From: Balneolaceae bacterium
GTDB taxonomy: Bacteria > Bacteroidota > Rhodothermia > Balneolales > Balneolaceae
Length of the DNA: 64,000 bases
Direction of reading: 5' to 3'
NCBI GenBank assembly: GCA_007127745.1
Contig: SKYV01000020.1
Location: 62 to 64,061, forward strand
A program made the position numbers and the translations under genes. This document shows positions 49,321 through 58,958 of this stretch, one piece after another (the stretch's first letter is position 1; the number at the start of each line of letters is the position of its first letter). A model generated the notes under the pieces. The model was not told the origin of the DNA. It saw only the letters and a list, made by a program, of their open reading frames with translations, and did no database searches.

Positions 49321-49343
49321 TTATTTAGAATAAATCTAAATAA
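49321..49343. promoter_or_regulatory. Putative Fur-type iron-responsive operator
   Basis: Perfect 9-5-9 inverted repeat TTATTTAGA-ATAAA-TCTAAATAA, 37-59 bp upstream of the Fe(III)-binding protein start. Confidence 0.72.
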
Positions 49344-49366
49344 AGATTCTGTTGCATTCAATTTAA

Positions 49367-50680
49367 TTATTTCTTTTTTACAGACGTCCGAAGGAATTCT
49401 TTCAGGTATTTGAAATTTTCTGTCAGTTCTCCACGGTGAACAATCACAGCCCGTTTCAATTCGTCTGGTAAGTTCAGTTCATCAAAATCGGCTGAAAAAT
49501 CGGCATTTGCCAGTGGCTTGATGAACGGTTTGAGTGCAGCACTAAAATGTTCTGACGACTCACGAGGCAATTCACTGGGCAAAATATCCACGGCCATTAC
49601 TGCAACCCCTTCGCCATTAAACCCCATTTGATGCTGACCATCCAAGGGATTGTAAATAAATACCGGATCTTCTATATCTGTTGCTGTTTCGGTACATTCC
49701 ACTGACCCGTGAACGTCGCATGTGATATCCCCAATAACTTTCAAATTCAGTTGATCTGATTTTGCCTGCTCCATCAGCCACGATTTTTTGATCAGTTTTG
49801 GATAGCGATCATCCCAATAAATTCCGTTCACAAAGACATTGATTTGCGGCAGCAACTCCTCAATTGTTGATTCATACATGCCCGGATTTTCTATGTAATG
49901 AAAAAGATCAAATCCGTGCCCTTCTTTGTGGGTAAGGTAATCTTGTGGCAAAATATTTACCGCGATAACCGACGAACCGGCCGAAAAATCATTGTTTTTC
50001 AACTGTTGAGGTGTGATTGAGGTCCCGTCAAGAAGCTGTAAAATGTCCAGGGCTCCCTGTGATACATTGCCATCTCCCGTTACAGCAATTATTAACGGTT
50101 TCATTTCATCAGGCAGGCCATTTTTTTTGATCTCTTCTGCAATGCCGATGATCTCTGATTTGGCTGACTCCAGCGAACTGTATCGGTACGCCTGTTTTAG
50201 TTTTGAAAATGGATTGTCTGTACCCAGTTTTTGATATCTCTGTCCCACCGTCCACAGCGTATTGATCATCCCGGCAAGACCTGCATAACGACCAAAGAAA
50301 ATAAGCCGTCTGCCCCGGTCGTCTTCAATTTTTTCGTAGTCAATCAACGTACTGCCGGCACTGATCAGGTTCTTGAGCATTGCCATGTTGTAGGGCTGCC
50401 CCTTGATGACATGCGAAAAGAAAACATACGCTTTGCCCGGCTCAAAAAAAATTTCAGGCATCTCTTTCACACCCAAAATTACATCACAGCCACTCAGGTT
50501 GCCTGCAATTTCAGCACCGGAATTTTTAAATTCACTGTCATTAAAAATTCTTTTTTTGGATGGTTCCACAGCAACTGAAATTCCACGTTTCTGAATCAAC
50601 TCTTTTACGTCCTCAGGAATCAGCGGGGTTCTTCGTTCAAGCTTGTATTTGTCTTCATGCCGAATGCCGATTTTATTCAT
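49367..50680 (-). CDS. Lysine-ketoglutarate reductase / saccharopine dehydrogenase (AlaDh/PNT-like fold), standalone
   Basis: ERRTPL.P, LGVKE, FFSHVIKGQ.YNM, LIDYEKI.D..G.RLI.FG..AG.AG, IGDITCD and VDILPSELP. Confidence 0.87.
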   Translation of the reverse strand: MNKIGIRHEDKYKLERRTPLIPEDVKELIQKRGISVAVEPSKKRIFNDSEFKNSGAEIAGNLSGCDVILGVKEMPEIFFEPGKAYVFFSHVIKGQPYNMAMLKNLISAGSTLIDYEKIEDDRGRRLIFFGRYAGLAGMINTLWTVGQRYQKLGTDNPFSKLKQAYRYSSLESAKSEIIGIAEEIKKNGLPDEMKPLIIAVTGDGNVSQGALDILQLLDGTSITPQQLKNNDFSAGSSVIAVNILPQDYLTHKEGHGFDLFHYIENPGMYESTIEELLPQINVFVNGIYWDDRYPKLIKKSWLMEQAKSDQLNLKVIGDITCDVHGSVECTETATDIEDPVFIYNPLDGQHQMGFNGEGVAVMAVDILPSELPRESSEHFSAALKPFIKPLANADFSADFDELNLPDELKRAVIVHRGELTENFKYLKEFLRTSVKKK

Positions 50681-50734
50681 CAATAATTTCTCCTGAAATA
50701 ATTTTTAAAACTACTTACGCAAATTTCAATAATT

Positions 50735-51541
50735 TCATCCTACATTTTCCCGCGATATTTCAGGAATATGCTCCTGAATATTCTCCAGTAAATATCTGTG
50801 GATGTGTTCATTTCCCGCAATCATCCGCTGGCCAAACGGCCAACCCTCTCCACCGTTCCAGTCCGTAACCACCCCTCCGGCCTCCCGGATAATCAATGCG
50901 GCCGCAGCTACATCCCAAATATGGAGTGAGTATTCGTAAAATCCGTCAAAACGTCCGCAGGCAACACAGCAGAGATCGTAGGAAGCGGCTCCCGGCCTTC
51001 TGATTCCCTGCAGTTCTTCCATCAGCATACGAAACAGTTTCAGATATGGTTCAACCAGAGACAAATCGTTGTAGGGAAATCCGGTTGCTACAAATCCATT
51101 ATGAGGATTAGAAGTACCAGAAACCTTTATTTTTTTTCCGTTCAGCCAGGCCCCTTCTCCGGCAACGGCAGTGAACTCCTCAACCCGGTTCACTTCGATA
51201 ACAACCCCAACTTTGGGTTCACGATTGTCCCACATGGCCACAGACACACAGTAGATCGGAAAATCGTTGGCAAAATTGGTGGTGCCGTCAATCGGATCTA
51301 CAATCCAGGTTCGGTTGTTTGTCATAGAATCAAAATCGGCCGACTCTTCTGCGAGGATATCATCATTGGGAAAATACTTTTTGATCACCCCAAGAATAGC
51401 CTTTTCTGCGGCTAAATCGGCATCTGTTACCAAATCATGAAAACCCTTCTGTTTTACTTTGATGCCGTTCTTCTTAAACTCATTGATCACCCGCACACCC
51501 TCTCGTGCAGCTTCTTTAGCAACGTTTAAATCTTTGTTCAT
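50735..51541 (-). CDS. Inositol monophosphatase family (SuhB-like)
   Basis: DLVTDAD, ILAEES, WIVDPIDGTTNF and WDVAAA.LI..EAGG. Confidence 0.93.
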   Translation of the reverse strand: MNKDLNVAKEAAREGVRVINEFKKNGIKVKQKGFHDLVTDADLAAEKAILGVIKKYFPNDDILAEESADFDSMTNNRTWIVDPIDGTTNFANDFPIYCVSVAMWDNREPKVGVVIEVNRVEEFTAVAGEGAWLNGKKIKVSGTSNPHNGFVATGFPYNDLSLVEPYLKLFRMLMEELQGIRRPGAASYDLCCVACGRFDGFYEYSLHIWDVAAAALIIREAGGVVTDWNGGEGWPFGQRMIAGNEHIHRYLLENIQEHIPEISRENVG

Positions 51542-51547
51542 ACTCGT

Positions 51548-53551
51548 TTAATTCTCTTTTTTATTTTTCATTTTATACTCAAATATTTTCGGTCCGATCG
51601 TTTCATCACTCTTGGCATACACCGGATCATCAAATAGCTCGTCTGCAGAAGTTTTATGAATTCGGTTAATTTCTTTTTGAAGTTTACTCAGTAGCTGAAC
51701 CAGCTTTTCTCTTTTATCAGCATCGGCCTGCTTTATCTGTTCTGTAATATCTCGTCTTCGTCGTTCACAGTAGTAGAGCCGCAACGGTTTCATGGTTGAT
51801 TTGGCCGTTTTGATGGGGTTTTTATCCCGTTTGAATTCGCTGCCGGTTCTTCTCGCCAATTTTTCACTGACGCTGTACCGCTCCAGCATCACATCACCCA
51901 CCAAAACCGGAAATGGCTTTTCCCGGTTCATATAATGGTCAACCGAAATCTCTTTTTCTTCGATATGCCTTCGGATAATATCTTTGTAAAAATTCCGGAG
52001 TTCTTCATCCTCAAAATGTTCTTCCCCCACATTATGGCCAATATACTGCCTCATTTTTTCGCCATATTGCAACATCAGGCGGATGATTTCTTTTTCGTAA
52101 TGAGGTTTTTTTTGCGGGGCAGTTTTTTTAAGCTCTCCGGTATTCATGCGGCCCGGAATTTGTGAGATATCGGCTGGCTGATGGTGATCAAATTGCGGGC
52201 CCGACTTTTTCTTTTTGCGAAATCTGTCCCTTCGTTTTCGTTCGCTCACAATCTGATCGAGCTGCTGGAAAAGTTCCCGGTCGGAGCCTTTTCGGTACAT
52301 CTGTGTTTTTTGATGCAGATGCTGAACGTAAAATTGTCGGTCCAGTTCGTTGGGCATCAGCGCAATGCTCTCCAGTATTTTTTTGATGCTGGCCGAACGG
52401 TCGGCCGGTCCTTCCATTTTACCCTCTTTTTCTGATTTGTGAATAGTGAACGTAACAAAGTCCTCAGCATTTTTCTTTTTAAAATCCAGGAACGACTCCT
52501 TACCGAATTGTTTGACAAAAGAATCGGGATCTTCCCCCTCGGGCAGTTCCATCAGCTGAACATCCATCCCCTCTTCCAGAGCCACATTCATGCCCCGTTC
52601 CATGGCCGACTGACCGGCACTGTCGGCGTCGTAAATCATCACAATCCGGTTTCCGTAGCGCTGCAGAATGTTGATCTGTCCGGAGGTTAAAGAGGTACCG
52701 CTCGAAGCCACCACATTTTTGATACCATGCTGATTCATGGTAATCACATCGGTGTAGCCCTCAACTAAAATTACCTCCTCCTCTTTTCTGATCTCGTTTT
52801 TGGCAAAATTTACACCGTACACCACTTCGCTTTTGTTATAAACAGATGTCTGCGCCGAGTTGATGTACTTGGCGGTTTTCTTGCCTTCATTTAAAATGCG
52901 TCCGGCAAATGCAATCACTTTGCCCGATGGATTGAAGATGGGAAACATCAGGCGGTCTCGAAAAGTATCATAAAAATCGTCAGTCCGTTTTCCCGGTTTG
53001 ATGAGATCGGCTCCTTCAAGGTATTCCTCACCGATCCCTTCTTTTTTTGCTTCTTTCAGGAGTACAGAGTTCCGGGGTGCGTAACCAAGCCCGAATGATC
53101 TCCAGATTTTTCGGTCATATCCCCGTTTTTCGAGATAGGAACGGGCCGCTTCGGCATCGTCCGACTCCAGCAACTGCCGGTAGAAAAAAAGTCCGGCAAA
53201 TTTCAGTGCGTGGAAAATTCCTTCCCGCTGACGGGTGCGTTCATCTTCTCCCTCCACGTGTTCATCAGGAATGTCGATTCCGTAACGCTCAGCGAGAGTT
53301 TTCAGTGATTCGGGGAAACTGATTCCCTCCATTTCCATCACAAAGTTGAACACATCGCCGCTTTCTCCGCATCCAAAGCATTTGTAGATACCCAGCCGCG
53401 GCGTTACATGAAACGAAGGAGTTTTTTCGTTGTGAAACGGGCACAACCCGGTAAATCCGCTGCCCGATTTTTTGAGTTTTACGTAATCTCCGACCACTTC
53501 AACAATGTCGGCCGCTGCCCGTATTTCTTCTTTTTTATCGTCTGAAATCAT
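51548..53551 (-). CDS. dnaG: DNA primase
   Basis: CPFHNEKTPSF..CFGC zinc finger, FRDRLMFPI, AKYINS, VEGYTD and YDADSAG (TOPRIM). Confidence 0.97.
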   Translation of the reverse strand: MISDDKKEEIRAAADIVEVVGDYVKLKKSGSGFTGLCPFHNEKTPSFHVTPRLGIYKCFGCGESGDVFNFVMEMEGISFPESLKTLAERYGIDIPDEHVEGEDERTRQREGIFHALKFAGLFFYRQLLESDDAEAARSYLEKRGYDRKIWRSFGLGYAPRNSVLLKEAKKEGIGEEYLEGADLIKPGKRTDDFYDTFRDRLMFPIFNPSGKVIAFAGRILNEGKKTAKYINSAQTSVYNKSEVVYGVNFAKNEIRKEEEVILVEGYTDVITMNQHGIKNVVASSGTSLTSGQINILQRYGNRIVMIYDADSAGQSAMERGMNVALEEGMDVQLMELPEGEDPDSFVKQFGKESFLDFKKKNAEDFVTFTIHKSEKEGKMEGPADRSASIKKILESIALMPNELDRQFYVQHLHQKTQMYRKGSDRELFQQLDQIVSERKRRDRFRKKKKSGPQFDHHQPADISQIPGRMNTGELKKTAPQKKPHYEKEIIRLMLQYGEKMRQYIGHNVGEEHFEDEELRNFYKDIIRRHIEEKEISVDHYMNREKPFPVLVGDVMLERYSVSEKLARRTGSEFKRDKNPIKTAKSTMKPLRLYYCERRRRDITEQIKQADADKREKLVQLLSKLQKEINRIHKTSADELFDDPVYAKSDETIGPKIFEYKMKNKKEN

Positions 53552-53661
53552 GAAATCCTCCGTTGCACAACTTACAAAAATTTCAGTTTATCGATGTGCT
53601 TCATAAAAGGAATTTCTTTATTGTTTTCAGGAATTTTGTACTGCCTTCAGTCATTTGATTT

Positions 53662-53687
53662 TGTTTGACACGGGACACGGTCAAACA
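53662..53687. other. Intergenic stem-loop (possible weak terminator)
   Basis: TGTTTGAC-10 nt-GTCAAACA, between the C-N hydrolase stop and the dnaG start. Confidence 0.35.
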
Positions 53688-53726
53688 CAAATTTTTGAAT
53701 TTCCGTACCTCCGTGGTTATAAGGTT

Positions 53727-54581
53727 CTATTCAAACCTTTTCAATAGATTTTTGTAGGCATCAATCCGCCTGTCGCGGAAGAATGGCCAGGTTTGCCGCT
53801 GTTTTTCGATGAGGCCGAAATCAAGTTGGGCTGTCAGAATTCCCTCTTTTTCACCGGCTTCATCGATCATCTCACCGAACGGGCCGCAGACAAACGAATT
53901 CCCCCAAAACCGGGATCCGCCTTCATTGCCTGTTCTGTTGATACTTGCGACAAAGACACCGTTCGCAATGGCATGGCTTCGCTGAATGGTTTTCCAGGCA
54001 TCCATGAATCCTGATTTTTCGGTTTCATTCTCATCAGGCAGGGTTCCGATTGCCGTTGGATAGACCAACAGCTCCGCTCCTTTTAAAGCAGCAAGCCTGG
54101 CAGCCTCGGGAAACCATTGATCCCAGCAAATAAGCGTACCGATTTTACCGGCTGTGGTTTCAAACACTTTAAAACCGAGATCTCCCGGAGTGAAATAATA
54201 TTTTTCATAAAAGCCCGGATCGTCGGGGATGTGCATTTTTCGGTAAATTCCGGCAATTGTTCCATCTTTTTCAATAACCACCAGAGTGTTGAAATAGACC
54301 CCTGCCGCCTTTCGCTCAAATAGCGGCAGCAAAAGAACCACACCAAGCTTCTTTGCCAATGCAGAAAACCGTTCGGTAACCGGCCCGGGAACCGAAACAG
54401 CCCATTCAAAAAACCGGGAATCAACTTCCCGGCAGAAATAAGTTGTATCAAAAAGTTCCTGAAGTGCTACTATTCCGGTACCACGCCCTGCTGCCTTCTC
54501 AATAAAATGTTCCGCTTTGTCCCGGTTTTCGGCGGGATTTTTCGAACAACTGTACTGAATCAGTGCAATATTCTGCTCCAT
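53727..54581 (-). CDS. Carbon-nitrogen hydrolase (N-carbamoylputrescine amidase-like)
   Basis: Glu-Lys-Cys triad in LQELF, YRKMHIPDDPGFYEKYYF and ICWDQWFPEAAR; also QRSHAIANG. Confidence 0.92.
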   Translation of the reverse strand: MEQNIALIQYSCSKNPAENRDKAEHFIEKAAGRGTGIVALQELFDTTYFCREVDSRFFEWAVSVPGPVTERFSALAKKLGVVLLLPLFERKAAGVYFNTLVVIEKDGTIAGIYRKMHIPDDPGFYEKYYFTPGDLGFKVFETTAGKIGTLICWDQWFPEAARLAALKGAELLVYPTAIGTLPDENETEKSGFMDAWKTIQRSHAIANGVFVASINRTGNEGGSRFWGNSFVCGPFGEMIDEAGEKEGILTAQLDFGLIEKQRQTWPFFRDRRIDAYKNLLKRFE

Positions 54582-54636
54582 AATTGGATAATGATTTTTA
54601 GTTATTGATGAAGGCGTTTAACAATTGCCGATAAAT

Positions 54637-54665
54637 GAATTCCTGCCCATCATTCGCAGGAATTC
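54637..54665. other. Perfect 10-bp inverted repeat in a divergent intergenic region
   Basis: GAATTCCTGC-ccatcattc-GCAGGAATTC. Confidence 0.5.
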
Positions 54666-54920
54666 CGGAAGTTGACCGTGTTTTACCAGCCGACTCTGAC
54701 AGGCCGATTCATTACTACCACTAATCGCACCGAAAAATAGCCATTCAGAAAGGTACCGATTATGGAAGACTTTCAATCATCAAAAATATCCTAAAATTTT
54801 TACCAGGTTTCTAATATCCTTACCTTTCGTTGGATGAAATCAGGCCATTTATGCGAATGATCAAACATCATTTAAAACTTCGGACTGTACAAAATTGTTT
54901 TTAATAAACAGATTATCTTA

Positions 54921-55829
54921 ATGAGCACAAGCACGTTACCAGACTTCAGGCAAACGTTTCCTATTGACAAAATCGGTGTTGTAGAACGGGTTACTCGTTT
55001 AAACAAGCGGAGCATAAAAAAAGAGTCGAAAATACAGGGATTGAAACTTGCCCTTAGCATGATTGACCACACCACACTGGAAGGAAAAGATTCTCCCGGC
55101 AAAGTGATTCAACTCTGCCAGAAAGCGCGTCAGCCGTATGCTCAGATGCCAGAACTCCCAACCGTTGCGGCAGTTTGTGTTTATCCCAATATGGTATCCA
55201 CAGCTAAAAAAGCCCTGCGGGGTACCGACATCAAAGTGGCCAGTGTGGCAACCGCGTTTCCCAGTGGGATGGCAACGCTTCAGGCCAAACTGGATGAGAC
55301 ACAGTTTGCCGTGGAACAAGGGGCTGATGAAATTGATATGGTGATTTCGAGAGGAGAATTTTTAAAAGGAAATTACAGCTATGTGTTTGATGAAATCTCT
55401 GCCGTCAAAGAGGCGTGCGGCAAAGCGCATCTGAAAGTGATTCTGGAAACCGGCGAACTTGAAACACTCGAGAATGTCCGAAAAGCAAGTGATATTGCCA
55501 TGTATGCCGGCACCGATTTTATAAAAACATCAACGGGAAAAATAAAGCCGGCCGCAACACAACCGGTAACGCTCGTGATGCTTGAGGCTATCCGCGATTT
55601 TTATCGCGATACCGGACAAATGGTTGGCATGAAACCTGCGGGGGGCATCCGAAAAGCCAAAGAGGCACTGCAATACCTCGTTCTGGTGAAAGAAACACTT
55701 GGAGCTGCATGGCTCTCGCCCGATTGGTTTCGTTTCGGGGCGAGCTCTTTAACCAACGACCTGCTGATGCAGATTTTGAAACAGGATACCGGTGTGTACC
55801 AGAGCATCAACTATTTTTCTAATGATTAA
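54921..55829 (+). CDS. deoC: Deoxyribose-phosphate aldolase
   Basis: MIDHTTL, AAVCVYP, ADEIDMVI, KVILETGEL, DFIKTSTGK, G.KPAGGI and RFGASSL. Confidence 0.96.
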   Translation: MSTSTLPDFRQTFPIDKIGVVERVTRLNKRSIKKESKIQGLKLALSMIDHTTLEGKDSPGKVIQLCQKARQPYAQMPELPTVAAVCVYPNMVSTAKKALRGTDIKVASVATAFPSGMATLQAKLDETQFAVEQGADEIDMVISRGEFLKGNYSYVFDEISAVKEACGKAHLKVILETGELETLENVRKASDIAMYAGTDFIKTSTGKIKPAATQPVTLVMLEAIRDFYRDTGQMVGMKPAGGIRKAKEALQYLVLVKETLGAAWLSPDWFRFGASSLTNDLLMQILKQDTGVYQSINYFSND

Positions 55830-55847
55830 TTTTTGAACCGAATTATT

Positions 55848-57380
55848 ATGTCTGAACAGCAAGAAGAAACACCGATAGAAGAAAAAACCAACGGTTCACC
55901 CAAACCAACATCACCCAATTCGGATCTGAAACTGGATTTTGCATCATTCTGGGAGTACAGCAGCGCTCCGGAAAGCAGCGATCATGTTGAAATCCCTGAT
56001 CGATATGATCACTTTATCGACGGAAAATTTACTTCACCCGTGAAAGGCCGGTACATGAAATCGATTAATCCCGCATCGGAAGACGTGCTGACAGAATTTG
56101 CTGAAGGAACCTCCGAAGATGTGGACAAGGCCGTGAAAGCTGCACGAAAAGCGTATGAAAAAACCTGGTCAAAATTATCGGCCCGCGAACGTGGTAAATA
56201 TATTTTCAGGCTTGCAAGAATGATTCAGGAGCGATCCCGCGAACTGGCCATCACCGAAACGCTGGATGGCGGCAAACCAATCCGTGAATCCCGCGATGTG
56301 GATGTGCCGCTGTCAGCAGCCTATTTTTTCTACTACGCCGGCTGGGCAGACAAACTCGATTACGCTTTCCCGGGACGAAAAGTAAAACCGGTGGGCGTAT
56401 GCGGTCAAATTATTCCATGGAATTTTCCGCTTCTGATGCTTTCCTGGAAAATTGCCCCTGCCCTTGCTGCCGGCAATACCGTGGTGCTGAAGCCTGCTGA
56501 ATCAACCCCGGTGACGGCACTGAAATTTGCCGAAATTTGCCGTGATGCCGGGCTGCCTGATGGGGTTGTGAATATTGTAACCGGAGCCGGACAAACCGGG
56601 GCAGAGATCGTCAACCATCCCGATGTGGACAAAATTGCATTTACCGGCTCAACCGAGGTGGGTAAAATCATTCAAAAATCACTGGCCGGTACGGATAAAA
56701 AATTCACACTTGAACTGGGCGGAAAGGGTCCGAATATCGTTTTTGAGGATGCCCCGATCGATCAAACGGTGGAAGGTATCATTAATGCGATATTCTTTAA
56801 CCAGGGACACGTTTGTTGCGCAGGATCGCGCCTGCTTGTTCAGGAGGGCATTTCCGAGCGGCTCGTCAACAAATTGAAAGATCGAATGGAAACTCTGATA
56901 GTGGGAGATCCGCTTGATAAAAATACGGATATAGGTGCTATCAACTCCAAAGCGCAGTACGACAAAATCAACCAATATCTCGAAATAGGTGTGAATGAGG
57001 GTGCGGCAATGTATCAAAGCTCCTGCAATATTCCGGAGAGGGGATTTTTCTGCAGGCCCACTATTTTTACTGATGTGAGTCAGAGCAACCGGATTGTTCA
57101 GGAAGAAATTTTTGGGCCGGTGCTAACCATTCAAACATTCCGCACTCCCGATGAAGCCGTTGAAAAGGCCAATAACACTCCTTACGGACTGGCTGGTGGA
57201 GTCTGGACAGACAAGGGATCAAAAATATTTAATGCCGGGCAGAAAGTGCGTTCAGGCGTGGTTTGGTCGAACACCTACAACAAGTTTGATCCCACTTCGC
57301 CGTTTGGCGGATATAAGGAGAGCGGGATTGGCCGGGAAGGCGGTCTTCACGGCCTTTATCCCTATGTAACACTGAGCTGA
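55848..57380 (+). CDS. Aldehyde dehydrogenase (catalytic chain)
   Basis: IPWNFP, KPAESTP, FTGSTEVG, LELGGK, NQGHVCCAGS, EEIFGP and PFGGYKESG.GREGG. Start taken at ATG 55848. Confidence 0.95.
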   Translation: MSEQQEETPIEEKTNGSPKPTSPNSDLKLDFASFWEYSSAPESSDHVEIPDRYDHFIDGKFTSPVKGRYMKSINPASEDVLTEFAEGTSEDVDKAVKAARKAYEKTWSKLSARERGKYIFRLARMIQERSRELAITETLDGGKPIRESRDVDVPLSAAYFFYYAGWADKLDYAFPGRKVKPVGVCGQIIPWNFPLLMLSWKIAPALAAGNTVVLKPAESTPVTALKFAEICRDAGLPDGVVNIVTGAGQTGAEIVNHPDVDKIAFTGSTEVGKIIQKSLAGTDKKFTLELGGKGPNIVFEDAPIDQTVEGIINAIFFNQGHVCCAGSRLLVQEGISERLVNKLKDRMETLIVGDPLDKNTDIGAINSKAQYDKINQYLEIGVNEGAAMYQSSCNIPERGFFCRPTIFTDVSQSNRIVQEEIFGPVLTIQTFRTPDEAVEKANNTPYGLAGGVWTDKGSKIFNAGQKVRSGVVWSNTYNKFDPTSPFGGYKESGIGREGGLHGLYPYVTLS

Positions 57381-57444
57381 CACATCATCAAACAAAACAG
57401 TAAATCACCTGTTGTCTTGCAGGTATCCATGAAATTTGAAAATC

Positions 57445-58308
57445 ATGCCGAAACGAATTGAAGTTTTAAAAACCTACAAAACCTATGTGGGTGGAAAATT
57501 CCCCCGAAGTGAATCCGACCGAACCTACCAGGTGAAGGATTCCAAAGGAAGTCACATAGCCAATGCCTGCAGATGCAGCCGGAAAGATGTTCGTGATGCC
57601 GTGCTCGCCGCGCGGTCTGCATTTGGGGGTTGGAGCGGACGGTCTGCTTACAACCGTGGGCAGGTTCTCTACCGGATTGCCGAAATGCTTGAAGGCAGGA
57701 AAGATCAGTTTGTGGGAGAACTCGAGCAATTTGGTGTTAAATCAAAAGATGCTGCAGCCGAAGTGGAAACTTCCGTCGACAGGCTGATCTATTATGCGGG
57801 CTGGACCGATAAAATCAGCCAGATTTTTGGCACCATCAATCCGGTTGCGAGTTCTCACTTCAATTTCAGTACTCCCGAGCCGACCGGTGTTGTTGGAATT
57901 GCAGCCCCGCATACGTCTCCGCTGCTCTCTGTCGTTTCTTTAATTGCACCTGTTATTGCCGGAGGAAATACCTGCATTGTACTCTCTGGTGAAACGTATC
58001 CGCTGCCGGCAGTCAGTTTTGGTGAAGTTCTGCACGCCTCGGATGTGCCCGGAGGCGTGGTAAATATCCTGACAGGATTTAAAGATGAGATGCTGGATCA
58101 CCTCAGCAGCCATATGGATGTGAATGCCGTTTTTAATACGTTAACTGATAAGAGCACAAGGAAACTTATTGATGAAAATGCTTCTATAAGCGTGAAGCGT
58201 GTTTTTCATTATTCGACTGATGATTGGCTCGACCAATCCCATGAAAATCCATACATCATTGATGAGTTTCTTGAAATAAAAACCACTTGGCATCCGATTG
58301 GAGATTAA
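57445..58308 (+). CDS. Truncated, non-catalytic aldehyde dehydrogenase-like chain
   Basis: ALDH N-terminal/Rossmann part with degenerate motifs (PHTSP for PWNFP); no ELGG and no catalytic Cys domain; ends EIKTTWHPIG. Confidence 0.88.
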   Translation: MPKRIEVLKTYKTYVGGKFPRSESDRTYQVKDSKGSHIANACRCSRKDVRDAVLAARSAFGGWSGRSAYNRGQVLYRIAEMLEGRKDQFVGELEQFGVKSKDAAAEVETSVDRLIYYAGWTDKISQIFGTINPVASSHFNFSTPEPTGVVGIAAPHTSPLLSVVSLIAPVIAGGNTCIVLSGETYPLPAVSFGEVLHASDVPGGVVNILTGFKDEMLDHLSSHMDVNAVFNTLTDKSTRKLIDENASISVKRVFHYSTDDWLDQSHENPYIIDEFLEIKTTWHPIGD

Positions 58309-58321
58309 CTTTTATCATAAC

Positions 58322-58933
58322 ATGAAAAAATCAGTTCTATATTTTATATCAATCACCTTTCTGATAGCAATTGGCTGCAGGACACCAGAACCGGTGGCTG
58401 ATGACGAGCCAGAGCCATCCATTTTTGAAATTGATGAAGTGGTAGCCGAAGAATATCTAAGAGAAGAAATGGATGAGATGGAGCTCTTTCTTTTTGAAAA
58501 CCGGGTTCACCTGGCCGATCGCTATGCCGTACTTGAGCATGATATACCCGAAACTTACCTGAGAGAAGCTGTTCAGGAAGAGCGAGAAGTGGATGAACAT
58601 GCCGGATTTCGTGTCCAAATTCTTTCAACCCGGAGTGTTGCCGAAGCCGATTCCACACGGGATGAATTCCGGGTTTGGGCCAGCGAATGGCTCGGCGGAT
58701 ATAATCCTGAAACCTATATCTTTTTCAGGCAGCCCTACTATCGAGTTCGAACCGGAGATTTCAGAGACAGAGATATGGCGATAGAATTTTCACGGCTGTT
58801 AAAAAATCGCTATCCGGGCGCCTGGGTAGTTCACGACCGAATTGAACCTGAAAATATACCAGCCGACACTACTGAATTCCGTATCCGGGATATTCGGAAT
58901 GTGGAATTCCCTGATGAACTTCTGGATGAATAA
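58322..58933 (+). CDS. SPOR domain lipoprotein
   Basis: Lipobox AIGC; GFRVQI.ST and QPYYRVRTGDF..R..A..F...LK..YPGAWVV. Confidence 0.82.
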   Translation: MKKSVLYFISITFLIAIGCRTPEPVADDEPEPSIFEIDEVVAEEYLREEMDEMELFLFENRVHLADRYAVLEHDIPETYLREAVQEEREVDEHAGFRVQILSTRSVAEADSTRDEFRVWASEWLGGYNPETYIFFRQPYYRVRTGDFRDRDMAIEFSRLLKNRYPGAWVVHDRIEPENIPADTTEFRIRDIRNVEFPDELLDE

Positions 58934-58958
58934 CTGAAATGTTTTTCATCAACCTTTA

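Noticed and set aside
54635-54724. 29-codon ORF (MNSCPSFAG...) spanning the hairpin, or a riboswitch in this spacer
   Set aside because: No leader-peptide signature and no TPP, SAM, cobalamin or guanidine consensus recognised.
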